Of a stretch of 64,000 nucleotides of DNA, positions 1 through 14,271 are shown piece by piece. Source of the stretch: Lama guanicoe (taxonomy: Eukaryota). The stretch lies in NCBI GenBank assembly GCA_013239625.1, contig MU053482.1:2581168-2645167 (forward strand), in the 5' to 3' direction. The notes beneath the pieces were generated by a model that was not told the DNA's origin, searched no databases, and worked only from the letters and a program-made list of their open reading frames with translations. Every line of letters begins with the position of its first letter. Position 1 is the first letter of the stretch. The position numbers and the translations under genes are program-made.

Positions 1-744
1 TTCTGTTCATAAAAGCCTCAAATAATCACCTTTGCATTTAACATATATTGTATTCATTTGTTTACATAATAAAAAAAATTTAACTAATCTTGCAGAACAA
101 TGATAAAAAAAAGAATATTGTTTAAGTCCTAAAAAAATAGCAGGTAAACAAAACTGGGGTTTCTCATTTAGAAACTAAGAAACTAAAAAAGCTCTTTATC
201 TGGGTGTGCATGCATCTCATATACACACAGGTACAGAAAGAAATAAGCAGACTATAGAAGATTTATATAATAGCACATTATTATATGAAGTGTTATCATT
301 CTCTGAGCAGATTGGGAGCAAAACAACCTTAATCTACACTCTGTTCTTTCCCTCTTTCAGTCAGCTCTTTATTTCCTACTCCTTGATCAAAATGAGACAA
401 GATAAAAAAAAAAAGAGTGATAAAGGATCTAAAATTCAATCATACTAATACTAACATAAGCTATCCTACCAAAGGTATTTACACTGATGTAACAAATCGA
501 AGTATTAAAATAAAAATAAGTTTAACTACAAAATTTCAAGCATAAGGAAGTGTTAATGAAAGAAATTTAGAGGAAGCAGGAACTTCCTGAGACACTAAAA
601 TCACATTTCAGTTATCCATTAGCACACCAGGTTTGCCTTGGTTGAAAATCTAACTACCTTTTAGTAGTCTCTTATGTAATTATCAAGGGTGTTACTACTG
701 CTGTTAAATAGTCCTGGGATATTTTGCCCTCAAAAAGTATGTTT

Positions 745-1032
745 CAGGTCCATAATCTCTTCCCTAAAATTCAAAAAGCTCTGAAAACCAGAAGTTCTTC
801 GTAATTTGTCAGCAAATATTGACCCACACTCAAATAAAGTTATTTACAGTCTTTTATGATCCAGATTTCTCTGCATATTAATGTATTTGATTATGAGACA
901 CTATTCTAGATCCTGCTGGAGGTACTACATAATATACAGTATTTATTCATGTTATCTTTCCAAAATGGAAAACTTCTAAATTCTGAAACACATTTCACCC
1001 CAGGGTTTTTGCTAAGGAATTGTGGCTGTATA
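745..1032. mobile_element. Old non-autonomous DNA transposon fragment (Tigger/MER46-like)
   Basis: caggtccataatctcttcc... and ...aaggaattgtggctgta ends resemble degenerate inverted termini. Family assignment is from memory. Confidence 0.45.
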
Positions 1033-1604
1033 CTAGACAGACAAGTCTTTTACAAGGTACATTTCACAGTGAAAAGCACCTATTCAAACCACATCATTCC
1101 TATAAAACAGGGAGGAGAAAAGACACAGATATGGTGGGAAAGTAAATGGATGAATAGAAGTGACAAAAATTAGTCGCAAGGAAAAGTAGGAAGGGAGAAA
1201 ATGGATGGACAAGGGGGGAAGCAGAGAAAAACAGCATCAGTATTTTTCAAACTGAAGGTCAGTATCTATCATGGACTGTGAGATCAATTTACTTGCTCAC
1301 TAACAGCATTAAAAAATATAATGCAATACATTTATTAATGCAATTATGTTTTTAAAAATTGTTTGAAAACCATTAGAAAGATGCCATAATTAGAGGAGCA
1401 GAGCTAGGAAAATCTTGCATAGAAAATCAAGAGACATATCTGGAAAGAAGTATTTAAATAAGTGTCAATATGAACTTGCTACAAACCATGAAAGCTGATA
1501 CACAATCACCATGACAGTTCTGTTGCTTAAAATTAGTTTAACTCTTAATCTACTTGCATTTCTAGAAATGTCTAGACATTTTCCATTTCCTTCAGTATAC
1601 TTAC

Positions 1605-1722
1605 TCACTAAGCTGAGGGAAATTTTTATATACCAAAAACATAACAAAAGCTGCAGATAAGAAAATGGACACCAATATAAGAAGTGACATTCTTGCTGAC
1701 CCAGCTTCTGCACAGGCTTTCT
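1605..1722 (-). CDS. TMEM41B: TMEM41B coding exon 2 (118 bp); downstream exons lie left of the window
   Basis: Acceptor cctttcag|AG at 1722 and donor GA|gtaagt at 1605. In phase with exon 1 it reads EKACAEAGSARMSLLILVSIFLSAAFVMFLVYKNFPQLS(E), the TMEM41B first TM region. Confidence 0.97.
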
Positions 1723-2799
1723 CTGAAAGGGAAAAAAAAAAAGTTATAATCAAGATAAATATAAAGGAAGACAGTATTCTAAGCCAGCAAATAATTTCCT
1801 CAAAAGTTTTTCTTCCCCATGAATGACTGAAAAATTGTGCTGAACACTGGAATTTGACACAACATTGTAAAATGATTATAAATCAATAAAAAATGTTAAT
1901 AAAAAGTTTTTCTTCCAAGAAACTTCACACTTTTGCCCCAAACACTATAACATTAAATTTTAAGTACTACTGTATTTGATGTTTATTAACTGGGCATAGT
2001 TCTTTTCAGGGATATATCCATTTTTGAAGCATGAAAAACCAGAACACCAGAATTTGTAGCACTGATGTGCTGATAAGCTAAAGGGAGGAAAAGAGCATTG
2101 CTCTAAATGCTATCACTGACTTTCAATTTTACATATCTATATGGGAGCTGACAGCATAGGCAGAGTGGCCCATTAGGACAAATGAGGTGATCTGGCAATT
2201 ACTTCAACTGTCAAAAGAACCCAGAGATTCACTAATGCAACTGGTGAATGTTATACTTTCTCTTTACACCAAGGGCTTCAGGATATAGTTGAACTTCAAA
2301 TGTTTTGGATGGCTCTGTGACTCCAAGAATGGGAGAATATATTTGTGTTTCCTAACAAGGTAATCTTAGCGTTATCTTAAAAATTATATGCAAGATGGAA
2401 ATATGAAATGGGATCCATGACACCCCAAGCAGAAGAATGAGCAGGGCTGTTTTTACTGGAAGCAGTCAATAGTGAGAAGGCTGAGGCACCTTAAGAGTAC
2501 TCATTTGGGAGGAGGTAGAAGTGGGTAGCTCAATTTGTATTGCTGCCTACATTTACCATAATTCCATGCATATACAATTCATTTCTTGTTTATGGATACC
2601 ACTGAGATTGTCTCAACAACCTCCCTTTTCATCTGTGCTGGTTTAAACTGACTTCTGTTCCTTTCAATTAAAACGTTTTAACTAAATAAAACCTCATGTT
2701 ATCCCTTGTCTCATTATGGCAGTTTTATATGCATTTCTTCTGAATTAGTAGAATTTTACTAAATTCTGTGTTGAACACAGCAATAGAAACCATCTAATC

Positions 2800-2955
2800 C
2801 CTTGCTACTTAGTGTGTTCTGTGAACTACATGGATAAGTATCACTAGGGAGCTTGTCAGAAATACAGATTCTCAGGCCAACATCCTAGACTTACTAAATT
2901 AGAATCTGAATTTTAATAAAACATCCAGGTGATGGCACATTAAAGAAGCAACAAT
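2800..2955. mobile_element. MER5A-like hAT remnant
   Basis: gggagcttgtcagaaatacagattctcaggcc...agaatctgaattttaataa...caggtgat core. Confidence 0.7.
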
Positions 2956-3977
2956 CTGGCCCACGCTACCTATTTTTGGTAAGTATTAGAGGCCCAAACG
3001 AACCTGCATTATTTTTTTAAAAAGTCTTAAGCAACCAAATAGTGTAAAGTATACCTCCAAAGCATTTTAATATCCATTTACAATCAACTCATAATTTCTG
3101 CTGAAATGAACAGCTTAGGTTAGTGCTTTAATATATACTAAATATAAATTATTCTTACCTGTTCATTAAAGCAGGCTTTTTAAAAGACAATATTAGGTTT
3201 ACTGAGTTCTAGTATGTGAATATTAAAGTTAAAAATTTTTACCTTTTCCAATTTTCTGTAATCTAAACATATCACTAATCAGCCTAACCTCCCAACTAGT
3301 CCCTATCATTTTAACTTTGTCTCATCTTAATCTCAAAAATGACTTTACTTCAAAAACTGAGTCACAAATAGAAACTTATTTGCTCATATCACACTTCTAA
3401 AATTTACTGCAGGAAAGAATGGGATGATAAAATCGTAACAAAAGATGCCTTCGATGGAGTAATAAACCAGGCATGCTTGCCTCTTAAATACTCTGGCTCA
3501 TTAATCCACTGATGTATTTGTATGCATGCTTTTTGCAACACAGAGAATTAAACCAAGACTTTAAATATCTGAGGTGAGTCAAATGTGAAAAGGTCTCTGC
3601 AAAACCTTATGATAACAAATATGGAAAAGTCCATTACGTTTCTGCCCTGATTATGGTATCTAACTTAATGCATACTTTGAGGACTCCTAATAAATCATAT
3701 CCACTCACCCTAAAAAGAGTAATCAGCCAAAAATTACAAACATATCACTGCACTAAAAACAATTCCACCAAAAATGTGGTTTTAGTTTCTAATAGAAATG
3801 CTATTTAAATACAGACTGCTCTCAAGGCTAAAATGGTTATTTTCTGACTTCATTAAATAAAAAAGTAGTCTACTAGAAAAGGAATAAGGTTAATGTATAA
3901 ATACTGAGTTGTGGGGCATAGTTTTCTATGCGGTGACATCAAAGCAAAGACATATTAACATAAATAGCCTGTATAGT

Positions 3978-4070
3978 GGGGTGGGTACAGCTCAGTGGTA
4001 AAGTGTGTGCTTAGCATGTACGAGGTCCTGGGTTCAATCCCCAGTACTTTCACTTAAAAAAATTTTTTTT
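3978..4070 (+). mobile_element. tRNA-Ala-derived SINE (Vic-1-like)
   Basis: A/B-box head, A-rich tail, imperfect TSD aaatag...gtatagt. Confidence 0.9.
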
Positions 4071-7000
4071 AAATAGTTCGTATAGTTTCTCTGGAGTCCT
4101 ATTACTTCTTAAAGGTAGGCCACTTTTAAATCTGGAATTAACTTGCCCAGCCCTCACTTTTCACTTACTTTCCTGCTAGAATCAGGTCGAGTATAGAAAG
4201 GACTGATACCAATAATTTAATATTATGGGCATCTTTTAAATGCTTCAAAATCATTAGTTTTGTTTTGTTTTGTTTTGTTTTTCATCCTGTAGATATTTGT
4301 GGACACAAGAATTACTGCTAAGAATAAATGGCTGAATAAATAAATTTCCCCTCCTTTCTTGGAACACCTCTTTAGAACTTCTATACAAGGAATGCACTCA
4401 AATGTAGAGTAGCATAGGACTGACTGTAGGACTATCTGCTGAGCATCTATTATGTACAAAATGTTTTGCTCAATCTTTGCTCCTAAGAAGTTGATACCAC
4501 CATTAGCTAGATTCCCAAGGAATGGTACCAAGAGGCTTTTAGTTTATAGGAAAGTCAGATTTACTGGGCTGAAGGAAGGCAAGATTCACACAGAGCAGGC
4601 AGGTGGAAATTTAGTTGAAGACTAAAAGATGAGTTTACAGCCTTTTAACCTGTACTGATGCCAAACATGTGTTTAAAGACTTCAACAGGTAACAGTCTTC
4701 TTAAACAAGACATTTGGCACGCTAACTCTAAAATTTAACCATTATATTTTTTTTCTAATCATTAATTCACCAGTGCTAAGGGGTCTCAGAGAAGAAAGGT
4801 GTCAGCAACATTTATCTGGGCTACAGAACACTACCGAGTATTCCTTGAGTACACACCTCTCTAATTGCTACTTGTCTTACAGTTGAATGATGAAATATAT
4901 AGACATCTGATGAACAAAATTAACCTCCAGGTTTAACTTGATACCTATTTTTTCACTCTCTAAAAGGAAAATGTATTCAAGCATTGTACTCAAAACACAA
5001 TGTAAACACAAGAAAACCGCTGATAATGCAATAAAACTAAGTGACAATTTTGAAGCTCTCCATTCTTTCACAAAAACTTGGAAATGGGCGGTGTTGCCTA
5101 TTATGATTCAACAATTCTTTTAAGAAATCCAGAGTAATTTGCATAACTCTGAACAGAGATAAAAGTTAAAAACCTTGTTTTACTGATGATTCAACTTTAA
5201 ATGTGTAGCATATATATTTATAATGTGCCTCCTTCTGGTTGCATTAGACACATGTTATTTAGCATTTAGAGTTACCCACAGCAGTGCTTTATCCATTCAT
5301 TAACTTCCAAATATTCCCTCATACTAATTCCCATTCTCAATTCTCCCATCACCTGCTTTCTAACCTCCCAGGCCAAAGGTACTGCTAGAGAAAATAAGAT
5401 CATCATGCGCTCTTGGTCATATGCTTTTCTATCTTCAATTAAGATTATAGTACTCACCAAAAGCAGTAATTCATCTTTTCAAGCCTTTTATTCTACTTCC
5501 CCCTATTCTTAACCAACGACACTGTCTCCACATTTTAGTGAATGTCTCAATCTCTACCTCAAGATCTGTTCACAAAACTCTCTCCCCTTGCCCCTTTCCT
5601 CTTATCTTTGCATTAAATGTGTGCATGCTTCCTTCCAGATCTTGCTCTCACAACGATCTCTTCTCTCCATTCACCCAGTATCTTCAATTCGTCCCACTAA
5701 AAGCACCTTTTCTCTAACTTCTAAGATGTATATATCCATCCTGAAAAATCAAAACTTAACCTTAATGCCTCTATAGTAGCTCCCTATTTCTCTTATTACT
5801 TTCATAGCAAAACATTTTGAAAAGCAAAATCTTTGTCTATCTACAAGATCTTAGGAATGACTCCTACTGGTCATCTTATCCACTAGTTCTCAACATTCAG
5901 TGTTTTCTAGACCTACATGATCCACCCTGGAGGAAGCAAAAGACCCATCTCTCCTGAGGATGTGGTTAACAAGGATGCTAACAAATTTTTTATGGTCACA
6001 AAAATCCATTGTTGGAAGTAAATTTTATTTCAAGAGATTAAATTTTTAAAAATCACATACTAATTATAAAAAATGGTAGTAGTAACATAAATATAAAAAG
6101 ATCAGCCAGGGCAACCAATACAAAAGAAAATAAAACACCTGGTCCAGGCACTCTTGCACACAGATTAGGCCAAGAGCCTCTCAAGTAGTATTATCTCTTG
6201 TCTCTCACCAGTTCTCATCATGCAAGAATTAGACTTTCAGTGTTACTGCCTTGCTAAAATCACCACAGTGTTTCTCAGTATGTAAGACTCAGATGTCAGA
6301 CTAGAGTTAAGGCAAGGAATCCACTAAACGTACCAAATATTGCATGTAGGGTGTAAAATATTTCAAGCATGCACACGACAACTTGTCAAATTACGTAGAT
6401 GTGTCAGTTAATAAAAATTAAAATTTACTTAAAGTGTCGTGGAATTTACAGAAACACTCTAATACTATGTGTTTCTCAAAAGTTATTAATTTTTTTCCTC
6501 CAAAACTTTTTCCTTTTGAATGCCAAGTTACCTCCTACAATTAACAAAAACTGTTTTTCATAACTTGGAAAACTGGTTGTTAACTGGTTACTAATGGCAT
6601 CACATCACCAGCTAACTGCCACCAGCAAATAACTTAAAACCCTATAATGTAGGGGGTCCACAAAATCTTTTGCCCATAGAATGAATTTCTAACACTAAGA
6701 GAGAAACAGACAGAAACAGAAAGAGGCAGAGGAAAAGAAAAAGAAAAACCTGAAAATCATTAATGAACAGGATGGATCAAAAAACTTCCCTTGCCTAGGA
6801 CTTAAAGCCGTTTTTACTGACACCATTTTGACCAGAGCCAACATTTTCCCTACTACCACCCAAAAGAAATCCTCTACTCCTGACAAGTTTATCTCGTTAT
6901 AGACACATACAAGAGGTTCACACTAACCTTCAAGCCTAATGTTTCCCCTACCAGGAATCCCTCTACGTTCTCTCAACTAATCCAAACCCTACTTCTCTAT

Positions 7001-7949
7001 ATGAAGTTATGCCTTCACATCTCTTCCCTCTGTCTTCCTATAGATTTATAGTCCACAGAAGTCACCTGACAGCATCAAAAAAAAAATTTACTGTGTTGAA
7101 TGTGCTGTTCTAATGATAAAATAGGATAAACAATTGTAAAAGCACTTTGGAGGTTTCAAGGTCTTATTTTCTGAACAGCTTTAGGGTAAAAAAAATAATA
7201 ATAATAAAACAACTGACTGCTATCCCAAAGCAAATGACAATCTTTTGTGATGTCCTATCTGGAAAATACTTTTTCAGGAAACCCTTGGATTACTGTCACT
7301 CTCAGTTGCAGCATTTTCAAAACAATGTTCCTGTCATTTAGAGTGGATTTATATACTTTGACAACAATTCATTTCTGGGTTTTTGAAGTTATTTAGCTCT
7401 ACTGTCTATAAGATGGAAAAATATCCAAATATATAAAACTTAAAGACCCAAATTAGACTGGAGACATCTTAAATTTGAAAGTAAAATACATTTTCTGCAA
7501 GACACTTAAAATTTTTCGTATGTTTTACATCTGATTCAAAAAAATTCCAGCTGTACATTAAACATTATCTCCATATTTAAATATGTTTTTAAGTGTACAA
7601 TACTTTATGGTTGACTATAGTTACAACGTTGCTAGACACTCTTAAAAGACCTTGTCTTTACCCATCACTGGTGGTGGAACAAACACATCAATGTGAGTAA
7701 GCTGCAGACAATCTAATGGCCATTTGATAGGATCTCTACAAGTTGATGGGCTTTAAAAGCATTTGAAGAACTTAATCACTTCAGTCGCTGAAAAGTAATG
7801 AAGACTACACTCAAATGGAATCAAAGTATTTAGTTTCTAGGTATACTTTTATTTCTTAAAATAATATTTAAAGCTCTGAGAAATGCCAGGATGGTATAGT
7901 GGGGGGAAAAGCTTGAGAATAAGAGATCTTAGCTTTAACAGTAATTGCT

Positions 7950-8285
7950 AACGTTTATTTAGCCTTCACAAAGGCCAAACATAAAATTCTTTACGTGAAT
8001 TATTTTGTTTAATCCTCGCATCAATTTTAGTAGATACTATTATTATCATCATCCCCGCTGTACAGTTCAGACCCTGAGCTTCGGAAGGATAGCAAATCCA
8101 AAGTCCAAAGTGGTAAAGCAGGAACTCAAACCCAAGTGTTCTTGCCACCTGGAAGTGATACCTGGGCATAGATAAATCTTTGCTTTTAGTCACTACTTTA
8201 CTAATCTGGCTTTGTGACTTCGTCCAAGTTGTTTATCCACTCTGGGCCTCAGTTTCCTCATCTTTCAAAATAAAGCAACGAATGT
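7950..8285. mobile_element. MIR fragments
   Basis: tctgggcctcagtttcctcatct core and a ggaactcaaacccaag segment. Confidence 0.65.
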
Positions 8286-8409
8286 TAACGTTTCTCCCAG
8301 TTCTGCCTGGTTTCAAAATTACCAACCATACAATCTCCCTGACAGTCAACAAGCCAGTGTCATTTCTTTTAATTGAATTTAACTAAAAAAAAGCATTTAC
8401 GAACCTACT

Positions 8410-9260
8410 AGGTGTGTCCGGCCTTGTGGTGGGCAGCGGCCGGAGCCTAGGTCCCCCACTCTCTCCGCTCCCGTCCCTGGGTGCCAAAAGGGCCCCGTCC
8501 TCCGCAAATCCCGGGGACCCGCTGGGGTCTTTCTCCTCCGAAGCCCCTCCCGGCACACTGCCGCCTCTGGGCCAGCCCCAGCTCTGGTTCTCAGGTCTAC
8601 TCACCCTTCAGGTGGTCTCCGCTGCCCGGCGCCGAGGGACCCCGCGTCCCCGCTGCCTTCTCCTCCGGAGGGGTCGTATGGAGTGCCTCTGTTTGCGATC
8701 TTTCGACGACTCTGCCTTTCGTCATGGCTGCTGCAGGGAAGGTGGAGGAAGCAGGATGGTGCCGAGCCCCCTTAACAACAACTCCGCCGCAGGCTCCTTA
8801 ACAACACCCAGGGGCCGGGGCCACAGCCACAGCCGCAGGCACTTCCGGAGCGACCACCTCACCTGAGACGACCTTAGCTAGGCGAGCACAGCGAGAAGCG
8901 ACGCCGAGCTGAGACCCGCAGCGCCTACTCGCACTAGGCCCCGCCCCACACCGCCCCCGAGCCTCGCGCGCCCGCGCGCGCCCAGTAACCGCGAGACAAG
9001 TCAGGATCCCTGCCCACCCCATTTGCTGCCCCTCCCCGCTTCGTGACCGCGCGGAGCATGCGCAGTCACCGCATGAGAGTCAGCCTGTGTGACTCACGGA
9101 CGCAGGCGTCTAATGCGCAGCTTTAATTACCCGGAAGTGCGGGCACGGAGACTTCAATCCCTTTGTTCTGGCGGCCGGAAGTGCCCGGGAATGATTCGTC
9201 GGCGTTTCGCGATGGACGGCTGTTCATCCTACTGCCTTCTCCACCAATTCCACCAATTGG
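8410..9260 (-). promoter_or_regulatory. CpG-island promoter of TMEM41B
   Basis: High GC/CpG. ETS sites CCGGAAGTG at 9131-9139 and 9175-9183, and CACTTCCGG at 8840-8848. NRF1-like GCATGCGCA at 9056-9064, TGACTCA near 9089, paired CCAAT at about 9243-9258. Confidence 0.9.
8605..8725 (-). CDS. TMEM41B: TMEM41B coding exon 1 (121 bp)
   Basis: gccATG at 8725 reads MTKGRVVERSQTEALHTTPPEEKAAGTRGPSAPGSGDHLK, then donor AGG|gtgagt. Phase 1 matches exon 2. Confidence 0.96.
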
Positions 9261-10274
9261 CTCTAACCTATAGGGACTAGACAATTCTTGGCCTGAAGAT
9301 GTTGGAAAATATAAAGCCTGAACCGAACCCACTGAGTTTCAGGAAACTAATGCTCAGGGAGGAGCTATAACCTGTGAAGGTCACAGGGTGGCAGAAATGG
9401 ATTTAGAATCCAATCCGGTTTTCTTGTTCCCAAGCAAAAGCTTTCCCATGTCATCACTCTGCCACCCCTCACTTGTGAATCCAGGTCAGTTCATTCATCT
9501 TTTCCTTTTGCTGAGCCCAAACGTACCTTTTTTGACAGTTACTTTTTCCACTCCTACCTCTCAGAGCGGTATTCAGCTTACTCATTGGTGAGTGTATTGG
9601 GATTCCCTTTTGAAAGAAACTTGGCAGTGTGTATAAAAATACTGATAGTTCCTATCCAGTAATTGCATTTCTAGGAGACTATTCCATGGGAATAAACATA
9701 CTGGGGAAGGTATTCCTAGCTGAATTATTTATTAGCATAATGGTAAATGCAGAAGCAATCTAAAACCCCAATACTAAAGAAAATTTGTTAAGTAAAGGAT
9801 GGGAGAGTCAGTCAATGGAACTGTTTTATGTACAGATCCTCTGCCTCCTTACATTAAGACTTTCAGTGACCACTCTTAAGAGGTAGCTTCCCATTTAATT
9901 CCTTCATGGTCATTATCAAAAGCAATAATTATTTGGATTACTTGTTTACTTGTTTATTGTCTGTCTCCACCTCTAGAAGGTAAGGGGCCTTATCTTTTCG
10001 TTCACCATTGTATCTTCCAACAGCTGACAGTGCCAGTACCTAAGTGGGCATTCAGTAAATTTGTTGAATAGATTTTCAACCATAGAAAATTATGAAGAGA
10101 CTAATAATGTGGACAATGCTTCCCCAAAAACAAATTCCAAGAGATACCTATGAAAAGCAAAATATTAGAAGAAATACATAAGCAAGTAAATTTGTATCTT
10201 TAGTATAGAGGTCTTCTTGAGCAAAATGCAAAACTATTTCTAAACACTTGATACATTTTACTAAAAAAAATTTC

Positions 10275-10424
10275 TCTTTTAATTTTATAATTTTCTTTTT
10301 TTTGGGGGGGATAATTAGGTTTATTTATTTATTTACCTTTTTTTAGAGGAGGTACGGAGGATTGAACCCAGGACCTTGTGCACACTAAGCCCATGCTCCA
10401 CCACTTTGAGCCATATAAGCTCCC
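10275..10424 (-). mobile_element. Vic-1-like SINE (long-tail form)
   Basis: Reverse-complement head plus taattaggtttattta tail segment. Confidence 0.88.
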
Positions 10425-12947
10425 TGCTAAAATAAAGTTTTTTAAGTACACCAAAAACACCAAAAAATAAACTCTAAAACCTAGGAACAGACTGAGAAAA
10501 AATAATTTGCCACATAAATAAGAATTACCTCAAATCAATAAGAAAAGCACAACAGAAAAGTTGTGAAAGGATATGAACAGAAAATTCGTAGAAGAATACT
10601 TAAATAGGCAACAAATTAGGAAAAGATGAACAACTTCATTAATACAGTGTGATGACACTTATTGAGAGGTGAATAGATTGCAAGAGCAGAGAGGAGCGTT
10701 TAAATTAGAATGGAGCTGCAGCAAATGTCTCCTAGGAAGAAAGATTCTTAAACTGATTTAAAGGGTGAGTGGAAATTAACAAAGGAAAGGAGAAAACAGC
10801 TTTTGCAAATGCTAGGAGCTACTGCTTATTTTTGAAAAAAAGCTTCAAGCAAAGAATAGGAGAATGGAAAGAAGTGAGATGAGATAAGACAAGGCCATTA
10901 TCACAAAGTGCTAGAAGTTTGAACTTGATCCTCAAAGATGTCTGAAGCCATTGAAGAACTTTTAACTGGAGAAACTATTAAGATTTGTATTTACAAAGCT
11001 TATTCTGACTGTCCAGTGACAGAATTGGAGGCGTGCCACTCTAGCAGCAGAAGGAGAATCTAAGAAGTTACTGCGATAATCCTGGCTAGACCCAGGATGG
11101 CGGAATGGAAACAGAGATGATGTCAGATATAAGATGATGTATAAGAGAAACTATTTGAAAACTTTTATTACTTTAATTACATGAGTAAATACATGCTAAG
11201 TTATTCCAGAAAAATATTGAAAAAGCAAACTATCAGAGAAACATAAAAATCATCTCTAATACCACCAATCCAATAGACAATCATGATATTTGGGTTTTTT
11301 CCTTCTGGAATATTAAGAAATTTTAAGGAATCTAGGAACTAATGCCCTAATTAGACAAGAATACTAAGTGAGAGGAAAAGGGTTAGGTGTTAGAGAATTT
11401 CTAGTTTAGGAGGCTGAGGGAAATGTTTGTGCTTAAGATTACAGGAAGAAGAGTCACATTGGAGGGAAGGATGCTGAATTTTGTTTTGGATACTGTCTAT
11501 ACTTCCTCACTTCCTGACTTCTATCACCTTTTCTCACCTGAAACTCGTCTCCTTATAGTCACCAGTGAGATTCTTTTCATTGGATTGTATTTTTAGTCAT
11601 TTGTTACCTCTCTCCATTGCTTAATACATTAACTGCTCTCTCTGTTGTGGTTTCCATGACAATTCTCTGACCTCTTTGTAAACTTTTTTGAAGGAAACTC
11701 TTTTCCCTTTCCCTTAAATACTGACATTTCTCCAAGATATCTGTTCTCAGTCTACAGTCTTTTTCCAGGCAATCTTGGCCATGACTTTAACAACCACTTA
11801 CATGTACATAGGTGACAAATGTTTATTTCAAACACAAGAATTATACACATAAAGCTTATTAGACATTTATACTAGGGTGTACCACAAGCACCTCAAACTC
11901 AGAACATCCCAATCTGAAATCAACTTTAGCCTTCCAAACTTTAAACACTTCTTGTATTCACAGTTTTAGGAGATGGCACCATCAGCTCCCCTTTTGCTCA
12001 AGTCAGAAACCTAAGAATTCTCTTTTAATATTCATTAAATTCAATTAATTTGAAAGCATGCACTCTACCACTCGAGCTATACCCTCTCCACCTTCTAAGA
12101 GACAATCTTGAAGGCCTTCATGATCTGACACAAGCTCATATGGTCTAGCTGACTCTGAATCCAACATGAATAAACAAATAAATGAATGAAAGAAACCATT
12201 CTGAACCACATATAATACCCTGAACATGCCATACTCATTTGTGCTACTGTGCCCTTGGAATATTGTTATCCCTCTGCCCTCAATGTCTTCTCCCCAGTGT
12301 TTCCCTTTGATCAATTACTGCTTATCCTTGAAGAGTTGTCTTAAAGGTACCAATCATGACAGGCATCTCCTCCCCTGGATTGATTTTATCTTAGTAATTA
12401 CCTAATTATATTAATTATTTATTTAATATCTGCCACCAGACTATAAACCCCTTTGGTGATCCAGCATGGTTCCTTTCTCAGTATATTTTTGTATAGTGAA
12501 TGCCTTTGTGTTACATGAAAGCTCCCCAAATGCATATGATCACTAGATAGTTAAATGCTCAAATGAAAAAAGAAGACTAAGGGTAGTAGATCTGCACCAG
12601 CAAATATAAAAATATTATAAAGTAATTAAAACTGAGGTGTACTGGATCAAGAAAAATGTAGGTACAAATAGACCCATATAATCATAAGGATCAATATATG
12701 ATAAAGGAAGCATTTTAAATCAGAAGAAAAAAAGATCAGTTAGTCAATAAATGGTACTAGGATAATTGTCTAATCAATTTTTTAAGTCAGATATCATATA
12801 CTATATACAAAATTCATTATCAGATATTAAGCCTTTAAATTTAATAAGAACTATGAAAATATAGAAAGAAAAAATAGAAAAAACTTTTTATCATCTCAAG
12901 CAAAAGACCTCTCTTAGTATAAACTATAAGAAAGCCTCTGATTTTAC

Positions 12948-13048
12948 CCTTGTGCAACCTTAAAACAGAATTTAGCACTTCATCACACACCTAAAGAAAA
13001 ATTCACTCCACAAAACAATAATGAACAATGTGGGGATTATTGAATTGT
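12948..13048 (-). pseudogene. Possible fossil exon L: Ulp1 catalytic-His-like segment
   Basis: Polypyrimidine tract with a decayed AG, weak donor AGG|gtaaaa. Frames give SIIP / PHCSYCFVE*IFL*VCDEVLNS. Confidence 0.35.
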
Positions 13049-13183
13049 TTGAGGAGAAACAGAGAGACAGTAAATAAATTCTTTTAGACATTTCTGTTCT
13101 TGCTTCTTATTGTCAGCTCCTCCCTTTTGCCCCCTAATCTCTAGAGCAAACACCGTCCTTTTCTGCTTTTAATCTTGACTCAC

Positions 13184-13424
13184 AGGCCCTGGAAGTTTAT
13201 CTTTGTGCAAGCATAGCAAATATTTATCTAATAAAAGTTAAAAAACTTTTTTGAGAATCTAAGTCAATATTGGAATAAGGGAATGCATTATATATAAAGA
13301 AATATGGGCATAATTTAAGTTTGCAGCTTGCTGAATATTCACAAACTCAACAGGGGAGGTGTCAACACCCAGAATACTCCATACTTCCTTCCAAGTCACT
13401 ATTGACCCTCCGCAAGAAAAATCA
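13184..13424 (-). pseudogene. Fossil exon K: Ulp1/SENP-like N-terminal motif
   Basis: Acceptor ctttcccag| and donor CCT|gtgagt. Reads (S)DFSCGGSIVTWKEVWSILGVDTSPVEFVNIQQAANLNYAHISLYIMHSLIP. Confidence 0.55.
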
Positions 13425-13972
13425 CTGGGAAAGCCTCTTAAAATATAATACAAAGCCAAAAGCCAATTTGAGATTTCCCTGTCTAGCCGTGACAAAGTAA
13501 TTGGTACCAGACCAGCTTTCCCACTGCAAACAACTAGAAAACCAGACAAAATATCAGAAACAACTGTTTTTAGATACTGAACAATAGTCAGTCAAGGACT
13601 ATGACCCTTGAGAGAAGAGAAACAAGAGTCTCATGATCACATGACTTTTCGCCTAGAGGCACTTTCAGAACCACAGCACAAGAAGGGGTAGCCTAAATAG
13701 AGCTATTGTAAATAACGCCTCAGTGAATACAGGGGTGTATATATCTTTCTTTTTTAATCAGTGCTTTTGTATTCTTTGAATAAATACTCAGAGGTAGAAT
13801 AGCTAGATCATATGTGGTAGAATAGCTAGATCACATGTCAGTTCTATTTTTAATTTTTTGAGGAGCCTCCATACTGTTTTCCATAGTGGCTGCACCAATT
13901 TACATCCCCACCAACAGTGTACAAGGGTTCCCTTTTCTTCACATACTCTGCAATACTTATTATTTCTTGTCT

Positions 13973-14076
13973 TTTTTTGGGGCGGGGGCGTAATTAGGTT
14001 GTTTTTTTTTTAATGAAAGTACTGAGGATTGAACCCAGGACCTCAAGCATGCTAAGCATGTGCTATACCCTCCCCC
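13973..14076 (-). mobile_element. Vic-1-like SINE
   Basis: Reverse head with a small internal deletion, flanked by ATTTCTTGTCT repeats. Confidence 0.88.
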
Positions 14077-14090
14077 TTAATTTCTTGTCT

Positions 14091-14271
14091 CTTTTTTTTT
14101 TTTAAGGCATTTCTTTTCAATTTTTTATATAAAACTTTTTAAAATTTATCTTTTTTGTGGGAGGGTGATTAGGTTTATTCATTTATTTATTTAATGGCAG
14201 TATTGAGGCTTGAACCCATCACCTCATGCATGTTAGGCATGCACTCTACCACTGAGCTATACCCTCCCTCC
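14091..14271 (-). mobile_element. Vic-1-like SINE (long-tail form)
   Basis: Reverse head, flanked by ATTTCTTGTCT repeats. Confidence 0.88.

Noticed and set aside
8383..9332. Overlapping 60-150 aa ORFs in the TMEM41B island
   Set aside because: Stop-poor GC-rich sequence. The real frame is the spliced 121-bp exon.
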